A DNA stretch of 64,000 nucleotides from positions 133,596 to 197,595 of the forward strand of contig CAVWRW010000002.1 of the NCBI GenBank assembly GCA_963757475.1, read 5' to 3'. The position numbers were made by a program, and so were the translations under genes. The DNA comes from Candidatus Dormiibacterota bacterium. GTDB taxonomy: Bacteria > Chloroflexota > Dormibacteria > Aeolococcales > Aeolococcaceae. Shown in pieces: positions 1-10,603 of this stretch. The notes beneath the pieces are model-generated. The model did no database searches. It worked only from the letters and a program-made list of their open reading frames with translations, and was not told the DNA's origin. Within the stretch, counting starts at the first letter, position 1, and each line of letters starts with the position of its first letter.

Positions 1-513
1 GACGACATTGCCGTAGCGAACGCACGAGAGGCGCACATCGTTCGGGCCGGCGTACACGTTCGCCTGCACGAACAGCTTCTCAGCGCACAACTTCGTGGCG
101 CCGTACAGGCTTGCCGGGCTCACCGCCTTGTCGGTGCTCAGCGCGACCGCACGCGGAATTCCAGCCTCGATGCACGCCTCGGCGACGTTCTGGGTGCCGA
201 GGATATTGGTCTGGACTGCCTCGAACGGGTTGTATTCGCAGGCCGGCACCTGCTTCATCGCCGCAGCGTGGATGACGATGTCCGCACCCGCCACAGCGCG
301 CCGCATGCGATCGCGATCCCGGACGTCACCGATCAGGAATCGGAGCCTGTCGTCGTCGAAGGAGCGCTGCATCTCGGACTGCTTGAGCTCGTCCCGGCTG
401 AAGATACGGATCGTTTTGGGCTTCCAGTGATCGAGCGCGGTGCGCGCGAAGTGGTGACCGAAGGAGCCGGTGCCGCCGGTCAGCAGGATGGTGCGCCCCT
501 CGAAGTAGTTCAA
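1..513 (-). CDS. pseB: UDP-N-acetylglucosamine 4,6-dehydratase (PseB/CapD-like extended SDR), 5' part; runs off the window edge
   Basis: Not in the ORF track. Manual translation from TTG at 513 (GAGGA upstream): LNYFEGRTILLTGGTGSFG...IFSRDELKQ...HAAAMKQVPACEYNPFEAVQTN...STDKAV...YGATK...VRYGNVV, the PseB-family motif set. Confidence 0.88.
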   Translation of the reverse strand, partial: MNYFEGRTILLTGGTGSFGHHFARTALDHWKPKTIRIFSRDELKQSEMQRSFDDDRLRFLIGDVRDRDRMRRAVAGADIVIHAAAMKQVPACEYNPFEAVQTNILGTQNVAEACIEAGIPRAVALSTDKAVSPASLYGATKLCAEKLFVQANVYAGPNDVRLSCVRYGNVV

Positions 514-738
514 AGTCGATCCTCATTGTCAGCCATGGATTCGCGGGTAGCCTACGGGAGGTCCGGGCAGTTGCGTCGGTCGTCAGCCCGGCCGAATGGC
601 GGAGCCAGCCTCGAACTGATGCCTGGATGTCTATCGGCTCTCGCCAACACCGCAGTAGGGTAACGGAACGCGCGGTAGGAGAAATCCCTGACCGCGAGGC
701 TCGCGCATCCACCCGGCAGCCGTAATACTGTGCGTCGC

Positions 739-2715
739 ATGGGGAATGGGCTGCCGGCGGCGCCGTCCGAATATCGCACCGTCACGACGCTCGTTCCTCG
801 AATCGCCCTCGGCACCGTGGCCATTCTGGTTGCGGGAACGATCGCGACTGACAACAACAGCAATGACGCAGCGAACGTCAACAAGCCGATCTACCTCGGT
901 GTTCTCGTCATGGCCTTCGCCGTCACGGTCATCTTTCTCCGGAGCCACCATTCGCCACGGATCGACTCCGCCGTGGCCTTGCTTGCATCGTGTGGCCTCG
1001 TCTGGGGCATCTGGACGATCGAACGGCCGCAGCTGCTCCATGACGGCATCTGGGAAGGATTCGGCAATCACGTCGCGATAGCGGCACTCGTCCTGTTGCT
1101 GCTGTTCGGCACCGTCGTGCAGCCCCAGCGGTTTACCAGGCCGATCCGAGTCGTCCTGGGACTGGTTGTGGCAATCTGCTGTCTCTGCGACGTGCTCGGC
1201 GCGATCCGGACCTTTGACTTCATGACCTTTGTCAGCAACAACCAGAATGAGATCAACGACATGCTCGGGCCGGTCGCCGGGAGGATCCCGGACGCGACAT
1301 TCATCCCGCAATACACCACGCTCTACGGCTGGCTGTTCTGGCCCCTGAAATCGCTCCTCTCGACAGCGCGCTCGTCGGGGCGATGTCCATATTCCTGACG
1401 CTCATGGGCCTCGGGGACCGTCCTGCTCGCAGTGAGCATCGTGAAACGGGCGCTCGGGTCGAAGGGATATCTGCTCGCACTTGCGCTGGTCGTTCCCCTC
1501 ACGTACGTGACTTCTCACCAGCTCGGTGCGACGAGCTCGATCGCCAGCTTGTTTCAGGAGCTCCCGATCCGGCTGTTCTCGGGGTTTCTCGTCATGGCGA
1601 TCGGCCTGACCGATCTTGTGCTTCTTTACCGCGGACGTGTGCGAGCCGGGGCGCCTGATTGCTCATCGGTCTCGTGTGCGGAGGTGATGTGGAACTCGCA
1701 GGACTTCGGGCTCGCAGCGTCCGTCGTCTATGGATTGATGATCCTGTTCGGCGCCACGGCGCGGGTCCGGAAGCGCGGTCGGGCTGCATGGCTCGCTGGG
1801 ATTGATCCTCGGCGTCGCTTCATATCCGATCTTTCTGCTTGCCATCGGCTCGCCGCTTGAGCCTGAGCTTCGTCGGCGCGTTCATCAAGCTGTTCGGATC
1901 AGGACTGGGCACGGCCCCGATGCAGGTGCCCGGCCCGGTGCTGGTCGTGATGCCGATCGTCATCTGCTCGGCGGCCGCCGGGTGGGTCTTGATGAGAGCC
2001 CGCAGTCGAGAAGGGATGCCGTTGCGGATCCCGTCGTTGATCAGGCGACGGTCACGCTCACCTTCGCGGGAACGTGGTCTCTCCTTGGCCTCGTGTACTA
2101 CGTCAATCGTGCGTACGCGGCAGGTCAGTTGCAGACGATGCTTCTGCCGTGTGCCGTCTGCATCGGAGCCTTGCTCTCCATCGCGATGCACTCGGACGAG
2201 GTGCGTGCCATCTGGCAGGAGAAGGCTGGGCTTGACGACGGCCCGGTTGTCCGCAAAGCTGAAGATGATTCCGGTCGGCATCCTCGTCTGCCTTTGCTTC
2301 TCCTCCGCGCTGCTGACCCCAGATCCTGTGTCCGCGGCGCGGAGCCTCATCAACCCTCCGTCCGCAGATGGGTTCGCCAATTCCGACTTCCCGCGATCAT
2401 CCAGGCCGATCCATGCTGCGCAGGAATACACCGCGGGCAAGCCCGGCGAGCTGACGTACCTTGGGCGAGAACTTCAACTATGTGTCACTCGTCACGAACG
2501 TTCCGAGTAATGCAGTCATCTTCCCGTACCCGTTTCCGTTCGCCGCACCGGAGGGTGTGACGCAGATCGACTGTCAGTACCTCAGCGCGCACCATTCAAC
2601 ATGGATGGTCCTTTCGCCCGAAGCTGTGCAAGGCTTCGGGACCAGCGCCTGCGGGATCTATCGTCCGGTACCGGTGACCGGTGTCGCGTTTGGCCAGCTT
2701 CAAGAGTTGCAGTGA
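739..2715 (+). CDS. Large polytopic membrane protein, possibly a GT-C-fold glycosyltransferase (several frameshifts)
   Basis: Consecutive hydrophobic ORF pieces 730..1398, 1432..1860, 1802..2560/1839..2510 and 2461..2715 join into about 650 aa with many TM segments and a soluble C-terminus. It lies in a glycan locus; no diagnostic motif recognised. Confidence 0.5.
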
Positions 2716-2763
2716 CGGCATGTATAGGTCGCGCCGCGGGCCGGCCTGGCGCAGGAAGCGCCG

Positions 2764-3453
2764 TCAGACGGTACTCACCTCTGCGCGCGTCGCCATCACG
2801 GTGTAGCCCAGGCAATCTTCGCCCCAGTCACTGCCGAGGCTCCAGTGTCCTACCAGCGCCGCAGTTGCTGCCACTGGAGTGAGCGGAGCCCGCATGCCGC
2901 CAAGAGGGGCGATCAGTGCAAGCACTTTCTGTGCTGCAACGGTGAGCGGATTGCCGCGACTATAGATGCGTATGTTCGAGAAGTCGGACTTGCGCAGCAG
3001 GTACGTGATGGCGGAGGGGGTGAATCGCCAGTAGTCGAATGGGACAAAGTGCCATCGAGCCGCGAAGGGCACCGTCATCAGGAGCCGTCCTCCTGGGCGC
3101 AGACAGCGTCGGACCTCGTCGAGGAGCTCCGTGGGTTGCAGAACGTGCTCGAGGACCTCGGTGCAGAGCGCCAGATCGAAGGAGCTGTCGGGAACGGGCC
3201 ATGGATAGCCATGCACGTACAGCGTGTCGTCGCGCGCATATCCGAATCGCTCATCCGCCTCGGCGATATCGAGCCCCTGATAGCTTTTCGCTTTCGCGAG
3301 CAGCGTTCGATATGGCTGCTCGCCACATCCAACGTCGAGGACGTCTCCGGTCTCCCTCGCGAGCAGAGGACGGAGATCTCTCCAGATCGACGCCAGCTGC
3401 AGGTCGCCCATACGCCGCAAGAGGCCGGATTGCGCAGTGCGGGAGGACGCCAC
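2764..3453 (-). CDS. Class I SAM-dependent methyltransferase (Methyltransf_11)
   Basis: VLDVGCGEQPY motif I; FDLALCTEVLEHV; LRPGGRLLMTVPF. Confidence 0.88.
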   Translation of the reverse strand: MASSRTAQSGLLRRMGDLQLASIWRDLRPLLARETGDVLDVGCGEQPYRTLLAKAKSYQGLDIAEADERFGYARDDTLYVHGYPWPVPDSSFDLALCTEVLEHVLQPTELLDEVRRCLRPGGRLLMTVPFAARWHFVPFDYWRFTPSAITYLLRKSDFSNIRIYSRGNPLTVAAQKVLALIAPLGGMRAPLTPVAATAALVGHWSLGSDWGEDCLGYTVMATRAEVSTV

Positions 3454-3589
3454 GACTCCGTTTCGCGGAGCGCGACGTTGCGGCGTCTCACGACGAACCG
3501 TCGCTCGGTGATTGCATCATCAGGCGCATAGCGTAGCAATCTCCCCATTCGATCGAATCCCATTTCAGGGCACCAAACGAGGGGATATC

Positions 3590-4581
3590 ATGTGCGCGAT
3601 GGCCGAATTGCCCGAGGGACGGCGCCGGAAGCTCAGCGCGATCATCGCGTGCTATCGCGATGCACCCGCAATACCGATCATGTACGACCGACCTCGTGGC
3701 CGTGTTCACAAAGCTCGGCGTCGACTACGAGATCATCTTTGTCAATGACGCCAGTCCGGACGATGCCGAAGCGGTCCTCACGCAACTCTGCGAGCGTGAC
3801 GCTCATGTTGTTGCAGTCACGCACAGCCGGAATTTTGGCTCGCAGAGCGCCTTCACAGCGGCATGCGCGTCTGCACCGGCGATGCCGTCGTGTTGCTCGA
3901 CGGCGACCTACAGGATCCACCCGAGCTCATCGAAGCGTTCTACGCGAAGTGGCTGGAAGGCTATGACGTGGTATACGGAGCTCGTGTGGCACGTGAAGCG
4001 AATCGGTTTCTGCGGGTCTCGTACAAAATCTTCTACCGCCTCTTTCGCGCGGCGTCGTACGTGCCGGTGCCACTTGACGCAGGTGACTTCTCGCTCATGG
4101 ATCGTCGCGTGGTGGATGCGCTCAACAGCCTTCCGGAGACCAATCGTTTCTTGAGAGGCTTGCGCGCGTGGGTGGGGTTTCGCCAGATCGGTGTGCCCTA
4201 TCGCCGGCCGGAGCGCATGTTCGGCAAGACCACCAACTCACTTCTGCGCAATATCGGTTGGGCGCGCAAGGCGATCTTCTCGTTCTCCTACATTCCGCTC
4301 GAGCTGATCACTGTGGTCGGCGTGCTGACGACGATCGCCGCATTCATCGCGATCATCATCGAGATCGTCGTTCGCATCGTGAGCCCCGCATCGGCGCCGA
4401 CCGGTCTGACATCGATCATCGTGCTCGTGCTCTTCATCGGAGGCATCCAGTTGCTCTGTCTGAGCGTGATCGGATCGTATCTGGCGCACATCTATGAGGA
4501 AGTGAAGCGCCGGCCGCCCTATATCGTCCGGACATCCGCAACGCACCGTCGGCTCCGGATATGCCGGGGCAAGCAATCTGA
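3590..4581 (+). CDS. GT2 polyprenyl-phosphate glycosyltransferase (GtrB/DPM1-like), frameshifted; end approximate
   Basis: IIFVNDASPD, HSRNFG, VLLDGDLQDPPE, GDFSLMDRRVV, two C-terminal TM helices and IYEEVKRRPPYIV across ORFs 3660..4154 and 3863..4675. Confidence 0.88.
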
Positions 4582-4594
4582 GCCGCGGAGGGTC

Positions 4595-5568
4595 AGCCAT
4601 CCGCTGTCTCGTAAGCGGTGCCGCCGGTTTCGTCGGCGCCAACCTGGTGCGCCGGCTGGTCGCAGACGGCCATGAAGTGTTCGGCATTCTGCAGCCCACG
4701 ACGACATGTGGCGTTTGGACGGCTTCGACGAGATGCGCCGAATCGAAGGCGATATCGCGCGCGAAGTGGACGTCGACCGTGCTTTCGGCGTTGCGCGGCC
4801 GGACTGGGTATTCCACCTTGCCGCGCACGGGGCATATTCATTTCAGAACGAACGTGATCGCGATGGCGCAGAGCAACGTTGTCGGGATGGCCACGATACT
4901 CACGGCTGCCGAGCGTCACGGCTGCGCTGTCGCTTATCAATACCGGCACATCATCCGAATACGGCGAACGCGATCACGCGCCAAGAGAGGATGAGCCACC
5001 GAGCCCGAACAGTGACTACGCGGCCACAAAAGCCGCGGCAACATGGTTGTGCATGAGGGCGCGGCGGCGCGGGGTGCCGGTCACGACGCTGCGACTGTAT
5101 TCGGCATACGGCCCGTTCGAAGAGGAGCGACGGCTTGTTCCGACGTTGCTCAGAGCTGCGCTGGCTGGCAAGTGGCCGCCGCTCGCGGATGCAACAGTGG
5201 TCCGCGACTACGTGTACGTCGAAGACGTGATCGATGCGTACATCGCCGCCGCCTCGTCACCGGCGCTCGAGTTCCGATCTACAACGTCGCCTCGGGAATC
5301 CAGACATCCCTTGCTGATATCGTTGCCACAGTTGCCGGGATTTTGCCGATACACGGTGGAGCCCGTGTGGGGCGGGTATCCGAAACGCGCGTGGGACACA
5401 CAGGTCTGGGTCGGCGATCCGGACTTGATCCGCGCCGAATTGGGATGGCAGGCGACCACGAAACTCAAGCGAAGGGCTGACGCGCACGGCCGACTGGCTG
5501 GCAGTTCACCTTTGGACGCCGACGGCCCCGCGGGAACGGCTCGCCCACCTACGGCCGCTCGGCGATGA
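4595..5568 (+). CDS. NAD-dependent epimerase/dehydratase (frameshifted; ends approximate)
   Basis: LVSGAAGFVGANL Rossmann motif near 4610, VFHLAAHG, GTSSEYG, YAATK catalytic motif, LRLYSAYGP, RDYVYVEDV. Confidence 0.85.
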
Positions 5569-6484
5569 GATAGAGGTTGCCGAGAGGGACGGCGAGCGAA
5601 ATCTGCCAACTCGGCTTCTGCTCAGCGTCCGAGCGCAGCGCCTTGGCACGTGCCGGTATCGGCGTCAGATGCACGATGTAGCTGACGCTGTATGTGTTGT
5701 TGACGCGGCCCTGTTCGCGGACCTTGAAGCCACCCGCCGAAAGATGCGGCGCATCGTCGTGGGGCTGTACAGATACGTGTGCTCGATGTCGATGATCGGA
5801 CTCCGTTCACCCATGACGTGCGCCGATACCGACTCCACATTGTGGTTGAGGCACAGGATCATGCCGCCGGGTCGAAGTGCGGCCCAGCACGCTTCGAGGA
5901 CAAGCGCTGGATGGGGAACGTGGTCGAAGACCTGGAACAGGCAGACCGCATCGAACCCCGTCGGCGAAGAGCCCGCGCCGCATCACGTCGCAGACGATGC
6001 GGTCACGCACATCGCGGGGAGGCGCCGGCGATCGCTGCTTCACTTGGCTCGACACCCCGCACGTCGGTGTATCCCTGCTGCAATGCCTGCTCGAGGAAGA
6101 AGCCGTCACCGCATCCGATCTCGAGCAGCGATTGCTGCCGGCCGCCAATCCGGCGTAGCTTCGAGAGATAGCGACCATACGTTGCCTTGAGGTTGGCCGT
6201 CTCGGATTCGTAGTCGAAGGTGCTCTTCGCGTACAGGTGACTCAAGGTCGCTTCATCCAGCACGGGGTCCGAGCGCACCAGACCCGCAACGACTGCAGCG
6301 CACCATCCGGTAGTGCACCCGATCCGGCACCCTGCGAGCCGAGAAACGAGCCGGAGTGATGTCGTCGATCCCGAAGTTGGCGGGATAGAACTCATTCGCC
6401 GGTGTACCCGGACCGCAGATAGCACAGTCCGTCGCGACGAACGTGATGCCGGAGGATCGCCGTTTCCTCGCTCGTGACAGGCAC
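5549..6484 (-). CDS. Class I SAM methyltransferase with N-terminal Cys motifs (sugar methyltransferase-like), frameshifted
   Basis: Joined frames give CAICG...CSRCGLVRSDP...LLEIGCGDGFFL...VRGVEPS...FDAVCLFQVFDHV...LRPGG...GNLYLIAERP*. Confidence 0.75.
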
Positions 6485-6527
6485 CGACGAATTATGGTCC
6501 AGCGTCGCGGGTCGGGCGCAACCGGAT

Positions 6528-7449
6528 CTATGCTGGGATCAGAGCCGTCTGCCGCACCAACGCCATCAACGCGTCGACGTCAAGGCCGTTTCGTCGCCGG
6601 AGAAACTCCTCTGACCCTGAGCGTCTCACCGGGTTGGTCGCTGATGCCACGGCGGATCAAGCGCGTGCCGAGGCCGTGTTCCGCGATCGTTTCCGCTACC
6701 AATGATCCGACGCCGCCGACCGGCCGGTGGTCCTCGATCGTGATGCACGCGCGCGCCGAGGCGAGCAGTGCAACCAGGTCGTCGGTCGGCGCGGGTGCGA
6801 CCGACGCGACGACGGCGACGGCCACGTGGGTCCCTTCGGCTTGCAGGCGCCGCTGTACTGCAAGTGCCACGCCGGTCATCGAGCCGATTGCGATGATGAC
6901 GACGTCGCCGTCACCGATCACTTCGAGACGGCTCCAGCGGAATCGGCCCTGCAACTCCGGGTGAACAGCGGTCTCCTTTGCAAGACGAAGGTACATCGGC
7001 TGCGGTCGCGAGTAGTGATCCCTGAGAGCGCGGTCCACCTGCGCATCGTCGGCCGGCGCGATGATGCCGACGTTCGGCTGCACTCGCATCAACGCGATGT
7101 CCTCCAATGCGTGGTGCGTGAAGCCCGCCGAACCGTATGCGAAACCACCGCCGATTCCCACGATGCGAACCGGGAGATGGTGCAGCACGGCGCCATTGCG
7201 GAACTGCTCGTAGCCTCGCATCGAGGCGAACGTTGCGATGGAATAGCAGAACGGGATGAGTCCCTCGCTGGCCATTCCCGCCGCGAGCGAGAGCATGTTC
7301 GCCTCGGCAACACCGACGTTGAAGAAGCGCGTCGGATGGCGCTGCGCGAATGGCTCGAGCACCATGAAGCCGAGGTCCGCCGTGAGCAGCACAACGCGAT
7401 CGTCCGCATCGGCAATCTCGGTGAGTGTCGATACGAACTGCTTCCTCAT
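6528..7449 (-). CDS. Transketolase-like protein, C-terminal (pyrimidine-binding) subunit
   Basis: LLTADLGF, RFFNVGVAEANM, YGSAGFTHHALED, TIEDHRPVGGVG. One indel near the 3' end; the corrected frame stops at 6528. Confidence 0.9.
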
Positions 7450-8228
7450 CCGATCTCTCGCAACGCGAGCGCGTATTGCTCGTCATCCACGGGGAGGTAG
7501 TGCCACTTGACCTGACGCTCCATGAAGCTCACGCCTTTACCGGCAACGGTGTCCGCGATCACAAAGCGTGGCGATTCTTCGCTGCGGACCTCCAGCACGC
7601 GCGCCAGCTCGGCGACGTTGTGCCCGTCGACGCGACTGCACTCCCAGCCGAGACTCTGCACCGCGGACGCGATTCCGCCAAGGTCGATCACGTCCCTGGT
7701 CGGCGCCAGCGCCTGCTGTCCGTTGTTGTCGAGGATCAGGCAGAGAGTGTCGAGTTTGTGATGACCCGCAAACATGAGCGCTTCCCACACCGAACCCTCG
7801 TTGAGCTCAGCGTCGCTGATCAGCACAAACACCCGGCCACGCCTGCCGGCCATGCGTCTCGCCAGCGCAACACCCGCACCGAGCGACGGCCCATGGCCAA
7901 GTGAACCGGTGGAAAACGTGATGCCTGGCAACGCATGCTCCGGGTGAACGCCCAGCTGACTGTCGTCGGCGCAGTAGGTGTCCAGCTGCTGCTGATCGAT
8001 GATCCCCAATTGCTCGAAGACGCAGTAGAGCGCGAGCGCGGCGTGTCCCTTCGACAGGATGAAGACATCCTCGTCGGTATTGAGGACAAGCGAGAATAAC
8101 GAGACGAGGATGTCGGCGATCGACAGCGCCGATCCGATATGACCGACATGGGCTCGTTTCGACTGATTGATGATCGAGCGACGTACCTGCACGGCACTGA
8201 GCGCCCGAGCGATGTCGCCGTCAGACAT
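7446..8228 (-). CDS. Transketolase-like protein, N-terminal ThDP-binding subunit
   Basis: GHIGSALS, FILSKGHA, LGVHPE, STGSLGHG, ThDP motif SDAELNEG...LDNN, TVAGKGVSFME. ATGA overlap with the C-terminal subunit. Confidence 0.9.
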   Translation of the reverse strand: MSDGDIARALSAVQVRRSIINQSKRAHVGHIGSALSIADILVSLFSLVLNTDEDVFILSKGHAALALYCVFEQLGIIDQQQLDTYCADDSQLGVHPEHALPGITFSTGSLGHGPSLGAGVALARRMAGRRGRVFVLISDAELNEGSVWEALMFAGHHKLDTLCLILDNNGQQALAPTRDVIDLGGIASAVQSLGWECSRVDGHNVAELARVLEVRSEESPRFVIADTVAGKGVSFMERQVKWHYLPVDDEQYALALREIG

Positions 8229-8345
8229 CACAACCCCATCGTTGACGGTTGTCCCTGTGACACTGTCCAAGGCCGTACGAGTGTAGCCCTCGTGTGAGCG
8301 GGAGTGGTGCTCGACAACCTGCACCCCCCGAGGCACGATAGGTAC

Positions 8346-9866
8346 ATGTCTGACACGACGTCGCTGGTGCCGCTACCGGGAAGCACCCGTTCCGTCCCCG
8401 TCCACCAGGAGACCGGCGCATACGATGCCGGCGCGTCCGCAACGGTCACCGTGTACGTCCGAAGCAACAGCGGCGACCCTTCGCCTGGTCGCCTCACCCG
8501 AGAGGATTTCGCCGCGGCGCACGGGGCGGCGCCAGGGGACATCGACGCCGTGCGCCGGTTCGCTGAAGGCCGCGGTCTGACCGTCGGGCGGGTCGACAGC
8601 GGACGGCGAAGCGTCGAGCTCGCCGGAAGGCTCGAGACCCTCGCCGCGGCGTTCGGCACGACGCTCTCCCTCTATCGAGACGACTCCGGCCTCGAATACC
8701 GAGGCAGGACGGGTCAGCTCTTCCTGCCTTCGGAGCTCGATGGGATCGTCACCGGCGTCTTCGGCCTGGACGAACGACCGCAGGCACGGCCGCAATTCCG
8801 CCCTCGGGCAAACGCGACGTCGCAGTACACGCCGCCGCAGGTCGCCGCCGCATATGCGTTCCCCGCCGGACTCACCGGCAAAGGCGAGTGCATCGCGTTG
8901 ATCGAGCTCGGCGGCGGGTTCCGGACCACGGATCTCTCCGCGTACTTCTCGATGCTCGGCATCGCGCCGCCGTCTGTGGTCGCCGTGCCTGTGGACGGTG
9001 GCGACAACGCTCCCGGGACCCCTGACGGGCCCGACGGCGAGGTGATGCTCGATATCGAGGTGGCGGGCAGCATCGCTCCGCAGGCCACGATCGCCGTCTA
9101 CTTCGCCCCCAACACCGATCAGGGATTCATCGACGCCGTCACGACGGCAATCCACGACACCGATCACCGCCCGTCAGTCGTCTCGATCAGCTGGGGGAGC
9201 GCGGAGAGCACGTGGACCCAGCAGGCCATGAGCCAGATGGAGCAGGCATTTATCGCGGCCGCAGCGATGGGCGTGACCGTGACCGTCGCAGCCGGCGACA
9301 ACGGTTCCTCGGACGGTGCGACCGACGGTCTGCAGCACGCCGACTTCCCCGCTTCAGCGCCGCACGCGCTCGGCTGCGGCGGCACGCGTCTACAGATCGT
9401 CAACGGAGCCATCGACGCCGAGACGGTGTGGAATGACGGGCCTGGTCAGGGCGCCGGCGGCGGTGGCATCAGCGACGTCTTTCCGGTCCCGGACTATCAG
9501 CAGCACGCGTCGATACCGCCGTCCGCCAACCCGGGTGGACATGTCGGCCGTGGCGTTCCGGACGTCTGCGGTGATGCCGACCCGGACACCGGGTACACCG
9601 TGCGGGTTGACGGCGAGACGATCCCGATCGGCGGCACGAGCGCCGTGGCCCCGCTCTGGGCCGGGCTCATCGCCCTGCTGAATCAGGGTCTGGGAAAGCC
9701 AGTCGGCTTCCTCCACCCATTCCTGTACACCGCTGCCGGCAAAGGCCTCCGCGACGCCGTGTCAGGCTCCAACGGCGCCTACGCCGCCGGCCCGGGCTGG
9801 GATGCATGCACCGGGCTCGGTTCGCCGGACGGAGCCGAACTCCTCAAGGGGCTGAGTGCCGGCTAG
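8346..9866 (+). CDS. S53 (sedolisin/kumamolisin-like) peptidase with pro-domain
   Basis: Catalytic EVMLDIE, oxyanion AAGD, nucleophile GGTSAVAP, Ca site GWDACTGLGSP; N-terminal activation domain. Confidence 0.93.
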   Translation: MSDTTSLVPLPGSTRSVPVHQETGAYDAGASATVTVYVRSNSGDPSPGRLTREDFAAAHGAAPGDIDAVRRFAEGRGLTVGRVDSGRRSVELAGRLETLAAAFGTTLSLYRDDSGLEYRGRTGQLFLPSELDGIVTGVFGLDERPQARPQFRPRANATSQYTPPQVAAAYAFPAGLTGKGECIALIELGGGFRTTDLSAYFSMLGIAPPSVVAVPVDGGDNAPGTPDGPDGEVMLDIEVAGSIAPQATIAVYFAPNTDQGFIDAVTTAIHDTDHRPSVVSISWGSAESTWTQQAMSQMEQAFIAAAAMGVTVTVAAGDNGSSDGATDGLQHADFPASAPHALGCGGTRLQIVNGAIDAETVWNDGPGQGAGGGGISDVFPVPDYQQHASIPPSANPGGHVGRGVPDVCGDADPDTGYTVRVDGETIPIGGTSAVAPLWAGLIALLNQGLGKPVGFLHPFLYTAAGKGLRDAVSGSNGAYAAGPGWDACTGLGSPDGAELLKGLSAG

Positions 9867-9935
9867 GAGCATCACGGCAGGTTTCGACGGCACGACACGT
9901 CGCTCGTCAATGGAGCCGTCGGGCGTTAAGTCCGA

Positions 9936-10011
9936 TGGTGGAGCGGAGGGGATTCGAACCCCTGACCTCTGCCGTGCGAGGGCAGCGCTCTCCCAGCTGA
10001 GCTACCGCCCC
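9936..10011 (-). tRNA. tRNA-Ala(CGC)
   Basis: 76-nt cloverleaf GGGGCGGTAGCTCAGCTGGGAGAGCG-CTGCC-CTCGCAC-GGCAG...TTCGAAT...CCGCTCCACCA; G3:U70 pair; encoded CCA. Confidence 0.97.
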
Positions 10012-10080
10012 GAGACGTGGGTCACACCGAGGCGTTTCGCAGTATAGAGCCGGTGCTCGGAGCCCCTTAGCGCGAGCCGC

Positions 10081-10461
10081 TCAGGGGGAGACGGTGCGGC
10101 TGGCGAAAAAGGTCTTCACCGCATCGGCCAGCGCCGGGAGGTTGAAGGGCTTGGGGAGCATCCCGTCGGCGCCTGCGAGGCGGGCCTGCTCGGCCTCCTC
10201 GGAGAGGGCGCTGAACATGAGCACTGGGGTCTGCGAGGTGGCGGCGTTCGCCCGGATCCTGCGACAGGCCTCGATGCCGTCAATGCCCGGCATCATGATG
10301 TCGAGGATGATGAGATCGGGCAGGTCGGTCGTGGCAGTACGAACCGCCGCCTCACCGTCCGAAACCGTCGACATCTCGTAGCCCTCGAGCGCGAGGTAGC
10401 GGGAGACGACGGAGAGCACGCGTGGGTCGTCGTCGGCGAGCAAGACGCGCGGCCGGGACAT
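10081..10461 (-). CDS. Single-domain response regulator (receiver only)
   Basis: VLLADDD, LIILDIMMPGIDG (phospho-Asp), FSA, LPKPF; no output domain. Confidence 0.92.
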   Translation of the reverse strand: MSRPRVLLADDDPRVLSVVSRYLALEGYEMSTVSDGEAAVRTATTDLPDLIILDIMMPGIDGIEACRRIRANAATSQTPVLMFSALSEEAEQARLAGADGMLPKPFNLPALADAVKTFFASRTVSP

Positions 10462-10603
10462 TGGCTCCATGGTACGGAGGCGCTTCGGAAACGGGGACCT
10501 CGCGTCCATTCCTTTACAGGCGAGTCGACACCCGATTCGACCGATGAGTCCGATCCCGGCGCCGCGGTCCGCCCTTCCTCGGTGGCTATACTCGCCCGCA
10601 GGC

